This document shows, piece by piece, positions 36,550-50,206 of a DNA stretch of 64,000 bases. This DNA is from Octopus sinensis. Lineage: Eukaryota. The position numbers and the translations under genes were made by a program. The DNA lies in assembly GCF_006345805.1 (NCBI RefSeq), contig NC_043004.1, positions 48,794,001 to 48,858,000 of the forward strand. Direction: 5' to 3'. A model generated the notes under the pieces. The model did no database searches, was not told the origin of the DNA, and worked only from the letters and a program-made list of their open reading frames with translations. Position 1 is the first letter of the stretch; each line of letters starts with the position of its first letter.

Positions 36550-38429
36550 AATGTATATTGGACCTTTTCTCCTTTAGCTTTGACCTACATTTTGAACAGA
36601 GAATTTAGTAGCATAAAATAGATCTTTCAGGCTCGATATAGACAATTATTACTCTCTGGCCTGTTGTGCTCCATTGAACCCCAAAATATGTAGTGTCCAA
36701 TTTTGACTCTGGAGAAATTTTGGCACTATGCAGTGGCACTCAGTTTGGGGTTGGCATAGCTCTCCATGTGATACTGAAATGATTAAACCACTGAGCTTAA
36801 TTCATTCGGAAGAATACATCTTCCACATGTCACATAAATAAGGCAATATTTTACTTATTTTCCTTTTCTGAATCTGACAGATTATAGCACACATGGTTTG
36901 GGGTATGATTTTTTTTTTTATGTTACTGTAAAAAATAATAGGAGTTCTCTATCTGCAAGTTGAATGAGAAGAATACCTAGAGTATGAGTGGAAAGATGTA
37001 CACTGAGATATATCGTGAGATTCATGTGGTATAATTAAACATGTAGTAAGATGTAGTGATATTAGAGACAGATAGTGAAAAGTCTAATTAATCTGTATGT
37101 CTTATGACTTTGTTCATTAAATATAATGTGATATAGGTTATACTTGGCTCAGTTTATCTTGACTTGCTTTGCTTAAAACAACAATAACAATGAATACACA
37201 ATTGGACTTGTTGAACACAACTTCCATTGGCATAATCTGAACTGGATATTCTATAGAAATGTTTCCTTATATTTATAAGTAGTGGCTGTTTTAAACAGCC
37301 TTTCTCAATTAACTTAAAAAGAAAATAAATATAGTTTCTTATGATAGAAAATAATTTTAAACGAAACTGGAAGTTTAATGCTAATGTGAGTTTGAATGTC
37401 ATTAACAAGATTCCTTTCTAAAAGACTTGCTTTTCTTCCAGGCATTATGCCTCTTTACTTTCTGCAATCTCAGATTTTATTTGAAGACAATACTTCTTCA
37501 CAAGATTTAGTGACGTTTTCACTGAATGCTTTTTAGGTGTTGAAGAAGAATTACTAATAATAAAAATATTTCTTTATTGTCTCTGCAAAAAAAGAAAAAT
37601 ACAAATAAGTAAGATAAAATAAAATAAGATTTATCTCCTAAGAAATCCATTTCTGTTATTGGCCATGGAATGTCTTCATAAACTGAAATAAATCTATTAA
37701 GTAAAAATTGTAAAGCAGACTTAATCCCACCATATTTTTCCCTTGAGGTCTTGTACAAGTTTATGGAAGTAAATCATTATTTATCCTTTCCAAACCCCAA
37801 TTTCCAAAAATAAATTAGCTGAGTCTGGAAAAAGAAAACTGTGTCTCTCATTTCCTAAGATAATAACATTTTTAAATTAAAACTTAAGAGAGAAAGTGAT
37901 TTCGTTAAAGAATGTTACTGTTTCGTCTAGGCAACCAATACATTGATATATTTATCTTTGGGAATAAACAATAACTGGATTTAAAGAAACATTTATTATG
38001 AAAATCAAATTGTTTTTTCTTCGGAATTGAATGCATTTACTAAGAAGTGATATATTTTCCTACTAAATTTATAAATTAGAATTTTAAAACATTAATGACA
38101 TGGATATAAAATTGTACATTCAAAGCCATGTTTTGTTGGCTTCTTCTTCGGTTGTATTTCATTTGTGCTTATTAGAACAGGATTCCACAAAGATATTATC
38201 AACTGTGTTTGTTTATATGTGTGTGAGTGTGTGTGTGTGTGTATGTGTGTGTATAGATATATCTGTTTAGTATTGACTGTTGAAAAAGGAGTACTCAGAT
38301 TGAGTCATTCTCTTGCTACTCTGAGCTTTACCTGAAAACACACAGGATGTTCAAGCAGATTGCGACAACTTGCCTGAAGATTTCATGGATAACAGGTGAA
38401 ACTCGGCGTATACATACATATATATAAGT

Positions 38430-39130
38430 GTGCTACAAACATTAGCTACCTGTGTTACCAACTATCTAGATTTGTCACAGGCTCGCTGAGTCACAAAAGT
38501 ATCTCACTGCATGACAAAGAGTATCTGACTGTGCCACAAACATTGTTTATTTGTGTTACTAATAGTCAATCTTTCATAAACTGTATAATGCCTGACTACA
38601 AACTGTCTAAGTGCTTTGTAAGCTGTATCTTGCTGTGTCATAAGCAGTACGTGTCTGTGTCACTAATTTACTCTAGCTCTACCACCACCAGTTACTATCT
38701 GTATCATAAATAGTGTCCAGCTGTACCATAGTGTCCAGCTGTGTCACAAACAATTTCTAGCTGCATCACCAATGCTGTCTAACTGTGTCAGTAACACTGT
38801 TTAAACTGTAACACCAATAGTATCTAACTATTCAATTGTCTCTGTCACAAAATATGATCAATATGTGCCATGAACAGTGTCTGGCTTTAGGCCATGCAAT
38901 TTTTAGTTGTTAAAAACAGCAGTATCTTGTTGGACCACTTATGGTACCGTGATAGTCTCTAGCTGTACTAAACACTGAGTTTAGCTATTTTATTACCATT
39001 TTCTAACTGTGCAACCAACAAACTGTGCCTGGTGGACTCCACCAACTGAGTCATCAATAATGTGCACTGTGCCATAAATTGTGTGTAGGTGTGCCATTGA
39101 CAGAATCTAATTGTGACACTAAACTTCAAC
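38430..39130. repeat. Highly degenerate ~21-22 bp minisatellite
   Basis: Recurring motif resembling TGTCTAGCTGTGTCACAAACA. Confidence 0.65.
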
Positions 39131-40119
39131 ACAACTGCATTCATTTAGATAGTACCATGTTGGCATGGAAGACTCCACTTATTCCTTAAATCCTTAAAAA
39201 TGTTTTAGCCCGAAGGCCACGGCCATGCTGGGGCACCGATGTCTGTTGAACAATTTGTTTCTATTGCTGTTGCTACCAGCACTGTATTTACAGAGTGAAA
39301 GGAAATATTTTGGGCCTCCAGGTATGCAGGTAATTTGAAAATACCTCACAAAATGATAACTGTGTCCTGCATCGTCACAGGTTGCCCCTTGGCAAAACAT
39401 AGAATCTGTTCAGCCATCCTGCCAAGGATGCAGTGAAGTCATGGGACTGCAGCATGGTGAATTGTAAAAAAGGCAGTGGAAAAGCTCAACTGAAGTGGCG
39501 TTTCATGCATTGATTCTGGGCAGAGAAATCCTTAGAAGACCAACTGTCAGGATCACCAATCTCTATCAAGAGAGTAACTGCAATGCATCTATAGGGGTAG
39601 CATCCATGGTTGTGTAATTAGCTAATGAGAGATTCACTATGACTCAAGCATGACGACTCTATCCCTGCAACCCTATCAGGAACAGTGGGTGAGGTAGCAA
39701 GTGAGAGTCATTGGAATCCATGTAAGCAGTGTGACCAAAATGGGATGATGATTTTTGGGCCTGATACCGCAACTGTAAGACACAAGAGTATTTTAAGTGG
39801 CCCCTATTATTGTCATTCCTCCTGGTACCTTCTCAGGTCACTTTACTTACATCTCAATAATTTTAGGTTTCTATTTGTCCATATTGGTTGGTTGAGGCAT
39901 GTTTTTCTAGGAAGTTTGCAATGATTGTTTCAGTCATTGAACTGTAGCCATGCTGGAGCACTGCCTTAATCTTTATTGTCAAACAAATCAACCAAAGTGT
40001 TTTTTTTTTTTTTTAAGTTTGGTACTTATTCTATCAGTCTCCTTTACTGGGATGTAAACAAACTAACACTGGTTGTCAAATAATGGTGTGTGTGTGTGTG
40101 GTGCATGCATACAAGTGTG

Positions 40120-40156
<37 letters not shown>

Positions 40157-40206
40157 ATGCGTGTGTGTGAGAAAGATGAACACAACAGACACAAAGCTAC
40201 ACACAG

Positions 40207-40273
<67 letters not shown>

Positions 40274-40274
<1 letters not shown>

Positions 40275-40406
40275 TTTATTTAAAGCAGCAGAAAATTCAA
40301 CAAAACTTGTTACTCTGAGTTTCACGTTTCCGTTCGTCGGACAGTTTTTGAAACGTGAAACTCAGAGTAACAGGTTTTGTTGAATTTTCTGCTGCTTTAA
40401 ATAAAG
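40274..40406. repeat. 57-bp near-perfect inverted repeat, probable Penelope-type terminal foldback
   Basis: 40274-40330 pairs with 40350-40406 with one G-T mismatch. The right arm continues ~70 bp. The unit sits in the TA tract of a SINE A copy. Confidence 0.85.
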
Positions 40407-41260
40407 CATATTACTCTACCACTGGTATTTGAGTACTCTTTTTTCCACCTTGTTTCACATTTATGTGTTTACTCCGGTATATATATATATACAATGAGTT
40501 TCCACAAAGTTTCCATCTACGAAATTAACCTACAAGGCATTAGACAGCCTAAGGCTAGGTAGAAGACACTTGCTCCAGGTGCCATGCAGTGAAACTGAAC
40601 CCCAAACCACGTGGTTGCAAAGCAAGTTTCTTAACTACACAGCCATGCTTAACAATTCTGTTTTCCAAACCATTATTCTCATGTAAAATAAATAATTTAG
40701 TGGGATGTGTGGGTAGCAAGTGTGTTTCATAACCACATCCTTTTGGATTTGATCTTCTTCATAGCATCTTTGGACAGTGTAGTGTTCTAAACTCTTGGCC
40801 TGACCAATACTTCATGAATAGAATTTGGTTGTGTGAATCTGTGTAGAAGCATTGTATAGGATATACATACCTCACGTCTGTTATTACACCTTACAAAGTT
40901 CTAAACCAAAGTTCTATCTTCACACAAAATCATCATCCACCACAAACAGTTCTTTAAGGATTTTTGATTTTTGTACAGATAGCTTCTTTAAGTTTCGTTA
41001 TCATCAGAAGTAGAACTACCTAAGAATTTATGGGGACAACAACAGTTAATAGAGACAACAGTGTAGAGGAGATGCATGGCTACCCTACATGGAATAGGAG
41101 AGAAGAAGGTGAGGGTGATGGGTGCCAGGATATACCCCTAACCCTTTAGCATTTAAACCAGTCATATCCGACCCAAATTTAATACTTGTTTTATTTTCAA
41201 ACTGGCCAGATCTGGCCTCTCACACCTTCCCTACAATGTCATATGTGTGTGTGTGCGCGC

Positions 41261-41300
<40 letters not shown>

Positions 41301-42298
41301 CTGAATTCCTGAGACTTTGCCTGAGACTGTTTTGTGTTTTCATCCAAAATGAACACGATCAGCTTGAGAAATTATTAAGATATTTAGATATTTTTCCAAA
41401 CATGAAACCAATGGTAGCTTTAATACACAAATAAGGAAATTTTATTCACCAATGCAGTGTTGAGCACTCATTCTCATTGTTTGACATTTACGTGTATATA
41501 TATATATACACATACATATATATATTATGTATATATATCTATATGTCTTTTTGTGAGTCTGTATTTATGTATGCAGTGGTATAAAAAACTGGTTGTTGTT
41601 GTTTATGTTGCATTCCAAAATGCCTTGTAACTTATCAATTTGTTAAATAGAGATGCTAAAATAAATAATAAACTGAAATTAGTACTATGGTTTATACAAT
41701 TGTCTTAAAACCCTTGAAGGCATTGCCCCAGCTTTGTCACAGTCCAATGACTGAAACCAGTAAAAGAGAGAAGTTGAATTTTGCATGATGGAAATTCAAA
41801 TGGCACGTAAAAAGCACCATTTTAGTGTTGGGCTTCATAGAAGCAATGTGGCCAATGCTGGTATCACGTAACTGGCACCTGTGCTGGTGACTCATAAAAG
41901 GCACTATTTGAGCATTTGGACTCACAGAGGCAATGTGGCTGATGCCAGTGTCACGTAACTGGCACGCAAAAACAGCCATGACACTCTTGGAGTGGTTAGG
42001 TTAGGAAGGGCATCCAGCCGTAGAAACTGTGCCAAATCAAACTAGAGTCTGGTGCAACCCCCCTCAGCTTATTACCAGTCCTGGTCAAATTGTTCAAACC
42101 ATGCCAACATGAACAACAGACAGTGGTTGGTGATGATGATGAGATTGAACTCCAAATCACGACTTTCAAAATGTGATTGCTTATTGACTTCGCTTCTCTG
42201 TCATCTGACGTTTGAGAACACCACACAAAGTGATAATTGTTCAATTTTAAGCATAAACATTTTTTTTTGCTTTCACAAACATATATACTTACATACAT

Positions 42299-42336
<38 letters not shown>

Positions 42337-43889
42337 CGTAATCAGTGCTGATCTTATAGCAGTAAATTACAAACCATTTTATGATTTTCAGAGCTAAAAT
42401 TGCCAACCTAATATTTAAACCTAGACACTATTGGTGCCAATGTTCTAACAGCCATTTTGAAAAGAGAAACAAATAAAAAATAATTCTTTTGGTCTCAATT
42501 ATACTGACACTTCATATTTCACTGTTTAGAAGCCATTCTTCTTTGATTTCCATTCTTTTATTTCATTCTTGAAGAATTATTATGACAGGTAAATTTGTTA
42601 ATGTATTTCCATTGTTATTTTTCCTTGAATGGTTAACGTTATCTGTCCCCTTAAAATATATCATTAGTCTCGAAGCAGTAATTTATTTCTCTAAGTACTG
42701 CTTACCTGCACCTGTTCCATGTTAAATGTTGACTGCAAAATTATTCATATTGAAATATTGCTATATCTGGCCACTGAGACTGCTACCAAAACACAATTGC
42801 CATCCAATATTTTCTTCAAAGTAATTCCCGAACAGCTCATTAACCTGATCATGTTCATTTCTCGTTTTTTATTTTTTATTTTTTTAATTTTATTTTTTAG
42901 TCCAAATAATTTCAAAAACTTAAGTTATTTTGTTTTCTAAACTGATATGTCTGTGCCTGTCATCATAATATTTTGTCTTCCATAACAGAATGTTGTTTAA
43001 TAGCATCCTAGCTAACATCTACATAATTTGTCATATTCCATATAAATCTAAATATGATTCTGTTTTAAATAATACTGTGACAGGCAGATATAGATATATG
43101 TTTCGGAGTATTTGCATGATAATTTGGATAGTCCATAATTCCATAAAATCCTTCTTGCTAATATATTCAGCAGGATATTGTGGTATGTTCCATCTATATT
43201 TAAATCATTGTTACTTCATGTAATATCTTAAGGCTGGCTGTGTTATCTAAAATTATTTCAAATTTCCAATACAGCAGTTTTGTATATATTTTCGAAACTG
43301 GTAAATTTACAGGGCCTTCTCAGTAGAAATGGCCCCTCAAACTTCTGTTCAATTCCATCTTATTTTTTCTTTTATCTTTTACTTGTTTCAGTCATTAGTC
43401 TGTGATCATGCTGGGGCACCGCCTTGAAGAATTTTTGTCACACTTATCGACCTCAGTACTTTATTTTTTTTTTTGTAAAATCTGGTACTTACTCAATTGT
43501 TACTTTTACTGAACTGCTAAGTTATGGGGATGCAAACACACCAACACTGGTTGTCAAGTGGTTGTAGTGGACAAATGCATACACAAAGACACACACAAGC
43601 ATACATGATGAACATCTTTCAGTGTCTGTCTACCAAATCCACTCTCAAGGCTTTGGTCAGTTCAAGGTTATAGAAGAAGATACTTTCCCAAGGTTCCACA
43701 CAGTGGAACTGAACCCAGAATCATGAAGTTGGGAAGCAAACTTCTAACCACTCACCCATGCCAGTGCCTATCATTGTAATTTTGAAGTAACTTAGATTTG
43801 ATCTTGTTATCTCACAGCTTCCATCTCTGCTCCATTTGAATCTGAGAAGTTTGGTGTGTGTATATATACACACATTATATTTCACATAC

Positions 43890-44190
43890 GTGAAGGCACA
43901 TGGCTTAGTGGTTAGGGTATTCAGCTCACAATTGTAAGGTCATGAGTTCAATTCCCAGTGATGCTTTGTGCCCTTGACTGTTGCTCCAGTCCACTCTGCT
44001 GGCAAAAATGTGTAGTACCTGTTTTACAAAGGGCCAACCTTTTCATACTCTGAGTCACGCTGAATCTTCCTGAGAACTACATTAAAGGCACACATGTCTG
44101 TGGTGTGCTCAGCCACTCACACATTAACTTCACAATCAGGCTGTTCTGTGATTAAACTAACTAGAACCCTCGTCGTAATCAATAGTGCCA
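43890..44190 (+). mobile_element. tRNA-derived SINE sharing its 3' tail with 59022-59407
   Basis: GTGAAGGCACATGGCTTAGTGGTTAGGG head; GAGAACTAC.TTAA.GG.ACAC.TGTCTGTGG.GTGCTCAGCCACT tail. Confidence 0.78.
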
Positions 44191-44594
44191 GTTATTTTAT
44201 ATATATAAACACACACATGTTACACTTATTTATTCACATTGGTTTGAATTAATTATGCATTACCATAACTGTGAAGGTGCATGGCTCAGTGGTTAGAGCG
44301 CTGGGCTCACAATCATGAGGTAGTGAGTTTGAATCCCGGACCAGGCTGTGTCCTGTGTTCTTGAGCAAGAGACTTTATTTCATGTTGCACTTGTTCACTC
44401 AGCTGTAGAAATGAGTTGCAACATCACTGGTGTCAGGCTATATCGGCCCCTTTGCCTTTTCCTCTGATAACATTGGTGGCACGGAGAGAAGAGATTGGTA
44501 TGCATGGGCGACAGCTAGTCTTCCAGAAAACAACATTGCTCAGACCTGTGCCTTGGAGGGTAACTTTCTAGGTGCAATCTTTGAGATAAGTTAT

Positions 44595-45010
44595 CATCAT
44601 CATCATTGTTCGACCGTGGTCGAGATAATGGAATTTACCATGCTACGCCAGACTTCATGGTCCATCATGGCATTACAGAGATCCTGTTGCTGGATGCCTG
44701 TATCCCTGGAGATTACATCAGAGTAGGAGTGTGTGCGCCCTCTGGTGTTGCGAGTAGATGGCTTCCAGAGGAGAAGAGTAGAAATTACCTCTTTTTCAAC
44801 TCTACAACAATGTCCAGCAAACTGGACTCTCCTACCTTTCACAAGAGATGACACAGGTGGTAGTTTCCCATATATTTGCATTTTGGTTGGATGGTGCTTC
44901 CACGAGAGATTTTGAGCTCTCATAAGGAGGTGAGTGTAGGTTCCATCCAACCGCCTCTCAAGCTTCTTTGATAATGTCCAGGTTTCTGAGCCATATAGTA
45001 GAATTGGTTC
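44595..45010 (-). mobile_element. 5'-truncated RTE-clade LINE
   Basis: LYGSETWTL...DGTYTHLLMRAQNLSW...RVQFAGHCCR...LLLWKP; (TGA)n tail; 10-bp TSD GATAAGTTAT. Confidence 0.9.
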
Positions 45011-47225
45011 GATAAGTTATGAGGTCCTTCTTATCTCATAACTTCAATATTTTAATAATGGAATTGGTTGTTTTTAGAATAACATTGTTGGGTAGGTGTT
45101 AGACGTTGAATCTGGCTGGTTTCAGCATAAAAACAGGTAGAATATTTGGGCTGGATAGGGCCAGATTAAATGCTGAAAGGGTTAAGGTACTTCATTTTGT
45201 AATGCTATTTGTCAATTAGCCAAGTATGTATTTCTGTTCATTGAATTGTATAATAATGAAGGTGTGTAGCCTAGAGGTTAAGGTATTTCACTCATGACTG
45301 CAAGATTGTAGTTTCAATTCCTGGACTAAGCAGTGCCTTGTGGCCTTGAAAAAAAACACTTCATTTCTTGTTGCTCTACTCCACTCAGCTGTAAAAGAAC
45401 AACCTTGCAATGAACTGGCATCAGGGGAATGTTGTGAACTCAGTTCCTTATGAACCATGGAGATTGGGTAACCAGCCCTTTGAGCTCCAGGACTCAAGAC
45501 AGAAGTACCCATGTATAATATCGCAGTATCTATTTCTAATAACTAATTCTAGATTATCTATAGTTCTATTGTTTTATAATTTCTGTTGTCTATAATGAGT
45601 AGTTATAAAGTCTAACATTCTATAGGAAGTAGTTCCATAATGACTGCTTGTGTAGTCAATAGTTCTGTAATGAATATTTGTATAGTCTATAGTTCTATAA
45701 TGAATGCTTATATAGTTGTAGTTATGTAAAGTCTATTGAATAGGTTATAGCTCTATAATGACCAGTTCTGCAGTCTATGAAGTAGCCTTGTTCCTATATA
45801 CAGGGAAGGTATAGGTATTAATTATGTGCTTTGTATATATAATGTAAATTGTGAAATCACATAGATTTGAAGGAATTGATTTCATAGGTGCTCCTACTAT
45901 TGACTGTAGACAGTTGCCTTGGTGACCTAATCAACAGTGAAGGTAGTTGTTCCAAATGTATAGTAGCCAGAGTAAGGACAGGGTGGAACAAATTCAAAGA
46001 ACTGTTAACTCTGCTGACAAAAAAAGGTGGGGGAAGTGGATTCTTTTTTTCCATGTGGAGGTCAGATTGGTTTTGTATTGAATATATGAAGAACTGTGTT
46101 GTGTGATAACAAAACGTAAGCATTGAATGTACAAGATGTGTGAAGGCTACAGAGAAATGAGGTGAACATGCTCCACAGAATGTATAATGGTAGTGTGCAT
46201 GAATGTTGAAGCCCAAACAAGCTGAGGAAAAAAAAGCTGGAGACAAGAGGAATCATGTTCAATGTACAAGGGAAGATGTCTGATGCCTATGGAAGATGAT
46301 AACAAGGTGTAAAAATGCCAGTCCAGTCCATCCAACTGAAGGTATGGACTGGCATTTTATATAGAAGAGAAAGACTGAAGAAGACCTAGAAAGAAGTTTT
46401 AAAAGGCTGATCTCAGAATGCTAACCTTCACGAAAGAGAAAATGATTGTCTGCAACAAGTTTTGTACTTTGAGAACCCCTATGCAATTCAGGTATGGAAA
46501 AATGGAAAAAAAAAAATTATAAAGATTTGTGGTATCAAGGCTTAACACTGGAATCTTTCAACTGGCACGTTCCTTTCAATATTAAGTTTTGTCTCCTTCG
46601 TTACTGTGGGCCAAAATTCTTTCTAAAGCCCACATTATATATTGTGAGACGTATTGCATTTACATTAGAGAAATTTGGCACTTTAAGCATTCTATTTAAA
46701 TAACTGGTCACTCTAATAATATAAGACTGATATAATGTGGAGAGAGAGAGAGAAAGAGAAAGAGAGAGAGAGAGAGGATAGTTTGACAAGAGTTGGTGTC
46801 ACAATAAAGATTGGTCCACAGTAACAGAGGTTGACAATTGAAAGAGAATTCAGGCATAGAAATACTGCCAAATTAAATATGTGGTGCAGAAAAGTCTCAA
46901 ATCTCACTTAGCAATTCCGTTTGATGCTGTGATAGGACTGTAGCAATACATATCAGCCAATTCAGCTAGACAATGATGAGCTCATAAAATATATTTGGCA
47001 ATTTTACCAATATTGATCTTCTGCAGCATTTTCTCTGAACTACTTCTCTCAGTGGTAGAGTCCACTTTCTAACTGACATTATCACTATCTGCTCTGCTTC
47101 TACCATATTCCATGCCATCTTGTTACACAGTGTGTATGTGTGTCCGTTGAGCTGTTGTGCATTGGAGTCGTATATTTCGACATGTAGTTTGAGTTGTGCG
47201 ACTGTGTATGTGTGTGTGTGCATGT

Positions 47226-47265
<40 letters not shown>

Positions 47266-49079
47266 ACATGAAGAATGTAATCCCTGTGAAATAGCTGTAT
47301 ATATTCAATGGTTATATATTGTATATAGTATATAATGTATATAAAGTGCTCTCTGCCTACCTCTCTCTCTCTCTCTTTATATATATATATACTTGTTTGT
47401 TATGTTGATGTGAGGAAAGAGAGAGAAGGGAGAGAGAGTGGAGGAATTCAGAGGAAGGTATCATAAGAATGTTTGCAGCTGTAGTGGGTGGGTTTAGGGT
47501 AACCTATCAACCAAGCAGGAATGTCATATGTTAGTGCTGCAGTACTATAGTCACATATGTAGTGTACACTACTGCAGTGTCACTGTTAGCACTAATGCTA
47601 TACTACTGTAGTCTTGTCTACATATAGTATAACATTACTATAGTGATAGTGTTAAAGTTAGCTCTATAGTACTATGATGATACTATGATGATACTATGAT
47701 CATATCTGTTCTTACAACAATAGTGATGATAAAATGGTGTCGCTCTTGTATAGACATGTTGCTTTTACCAAAATTCTATAGTGCAGCGAGTTTAATAGTA
47801 TAACAGTATTATAGTTATATGTTATTACAGCAGCAGTCATAACTATTTAGTAGTTTTACTGTACAGTTATAGTTATATAGTATTCTCAATATTTTGACTT
47901 TTGAATTTGGTTTGTAAGATTCTTGATGTGGAATCATGTGTTGATATAGATTTTGTTATTGGCATAATCACCCTCCCAACATACAACAAAGTATTTACAA
48001 TACTAGAACTATAATTTGTCAGTATTACAGTACTATAGGTATGACTATATAGTCATCATTATCATCATCATCATCATCATCATCATCGTTTAACCTCCGC
48101 TTTCCATGCTAGCATGGGTTGGACGGTTCAACTGGGTTCTGGGAAGCCAGAAGGCTGCACCAGGCCCAGTCTGATCTGGCAGTGTTTCTACAGCTGGATG
48201 CCCTTCCTAACGCCAACCACTCAGTGAGTATAGTGGGTGCTTTTTACGTGCCACCGGCACAGGTGCCAGACGAGGCTGGCAAACGGCCACGATCGGATGG
48301 TGCTTTTTACGTGCCAAAAAAAAAAAGATTAAAGGTTCTTCTCAAGCCATGTGTTCAGAGGGAATATTCACCCACTACTGAATGGTACACCAGTCTGTCA
48401 CAGGATTACTCACTTTTGCTAGCTGAGTGGACTGAGGCAACGTGAGATGAAGTGGTTTGCTCAAGAATACATTGCATTGTCCAGTCCAAGAGTCAAAGCC
48501 ATCACCTTATGACCATGAGTGCAGCACTAGTCCCTAAGTAATGCACCTCCTCATATAGCAATAGTACAATACTATAATTTTTTCAATATGATAGTTTTAC
48601 TGTACATTGTCATAGTCAGACTGGAGTCTGGTGCAGCCTTCCAGCTTGCCAGCCCTGGTCAAACTGTCCAACCCATGCCAGTATGGACAACAGACATTAA
48701 ATGATGATGATGATGATGTACTATAGTCATATCAACATTGTGGTATTACGGTAGTATAGTGATGGTGTACTGTTACTCTACTATCATCATCATCATCATC
48801 ATCGCTTAGCGTCCGTTTTCCATGCTAGCATGGGTTGGACGGTTCAACTGGGGTCTGTGAAGCCAGAAGGCTTCATCAGGCCCAGTCAGATCTGGCAGTG
48901 TTTCTACGGCTGGATGCCCTTCCTAACGCCAACCACTCCGTGAGTGTAGTGGGTGTTTTTTACATGCCACCCGCACTATAGTCATAGCAATATAGTATTA
49001 TAACTGTACTGTGAATCACAACTCTTTAGTATTATTATTGTACTCCTATATCCATAGTGTAATAATATAATCGCAACAT

Positions 49080-49520
49080 AAATACAAGCAAAGTTCTATC
49101 TCTGGTGCTGTGGAGTTAAACTGTATCCACACACTCTTACAAATCTCCTTCAAGTTCTTCTTTGCTCTCAACTCTTCTGGTGTTCTCCTCCACACCCTTA
49201 TCTTCTTCCTAATTTCTACTTTGTAACCTCTGACCCTCTAATATTGCTACTAAAGAGTTATCCACTCTTCCTTTCAATTAGCTAGCTGTCTATTACCCCA
49301 GCACAAGCTCACATGACATACCCAGCTCTACTTCTCTTATTGCCCTTAACTATTGTATCTTAATCCCAAACCTGGCATTTAACATTTTTCTCAAATCCTT
49401 CCTCACCAGAATGACAACTCTCTGGAATTCCCACTCTTCTCAGATGTTTCCAGGAGACATTGACTTACAATTGTTCAAACTGAACATCTACCATATTGAT
49501 TGCTCCAGTCTGGCATAGTT
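49080..49520 (+). mobile_element. Degraded CR1/Jockey-group LINE C-terminal fragment
   Basis: SFLTRMTTLWNSHSSQMFP.DIDLQLFK resembles the SF.PRT..LWN.LP..VFP motif. Confidence 0.55.
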
Positions 49521-49977
49521 CTCCCACTTCTGACTAAACCATTTAAAAAATGTCTCAAACTTCTTAAATTATTTCTATAACGAAAAGCATGTCACCTGAT
49601 CATACCTGTTGCCATGGAGTAATTTTGTTATTTGATATTGTTATGAATTATTTGGTTCTGTTAGGACTTGCTAGGTGTTGTTAGGGATTACTCTTTTCTT
49701 TGTTTTTGTTATGGAATTGCAATGATAAAGAAATGGGTTTTTAAGTAGTATTATTAAATGTTATTAAAAATCGCTATGTGTTGTTAAAGGTAGATAGATA
49801 TCATTAAGGGTTGCTATGTGTTGTTAATAGTTTTAAATTTTTGTTCATTATGATGGGTTCTCAAAAGTTGTTTGGAAGGACCCACTATATTAGTTCTGAA
49901 ATTACTGAATTTCTGGCCTTTTTTCTTCTCCCATTTTGTTAATCTTAACATTAACTATAGACAATGTCTATAGCTTT

Positions 49978-50206
49978 TTAACCCTTTCGTTACCAACCCG
50001 GCTGAAACCAGCTCTGGCTCTGTAGTACAAATGTTTTGTTTTCATAAGTTTTGAATTAAAATTTTCCACCAAACCCTAGTCACAATTTATGTTCCTAACA
50101 CTAGCTGAATGATAACTAATTTATTTTACTAAATTCTTTGTTATATTTAAAACAATTGAAAGAATCTCAGAGCATCTCAAAATAAATACGGTAACAAAAG
50201 GGTTAA
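49978..50206. mobile_element. piggyBac-type MITE family 1
   Basis: TTAA-CCCTTTCGTTACC...GGTAACAAAAGGG-TTAA. Confidence 0.9.
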
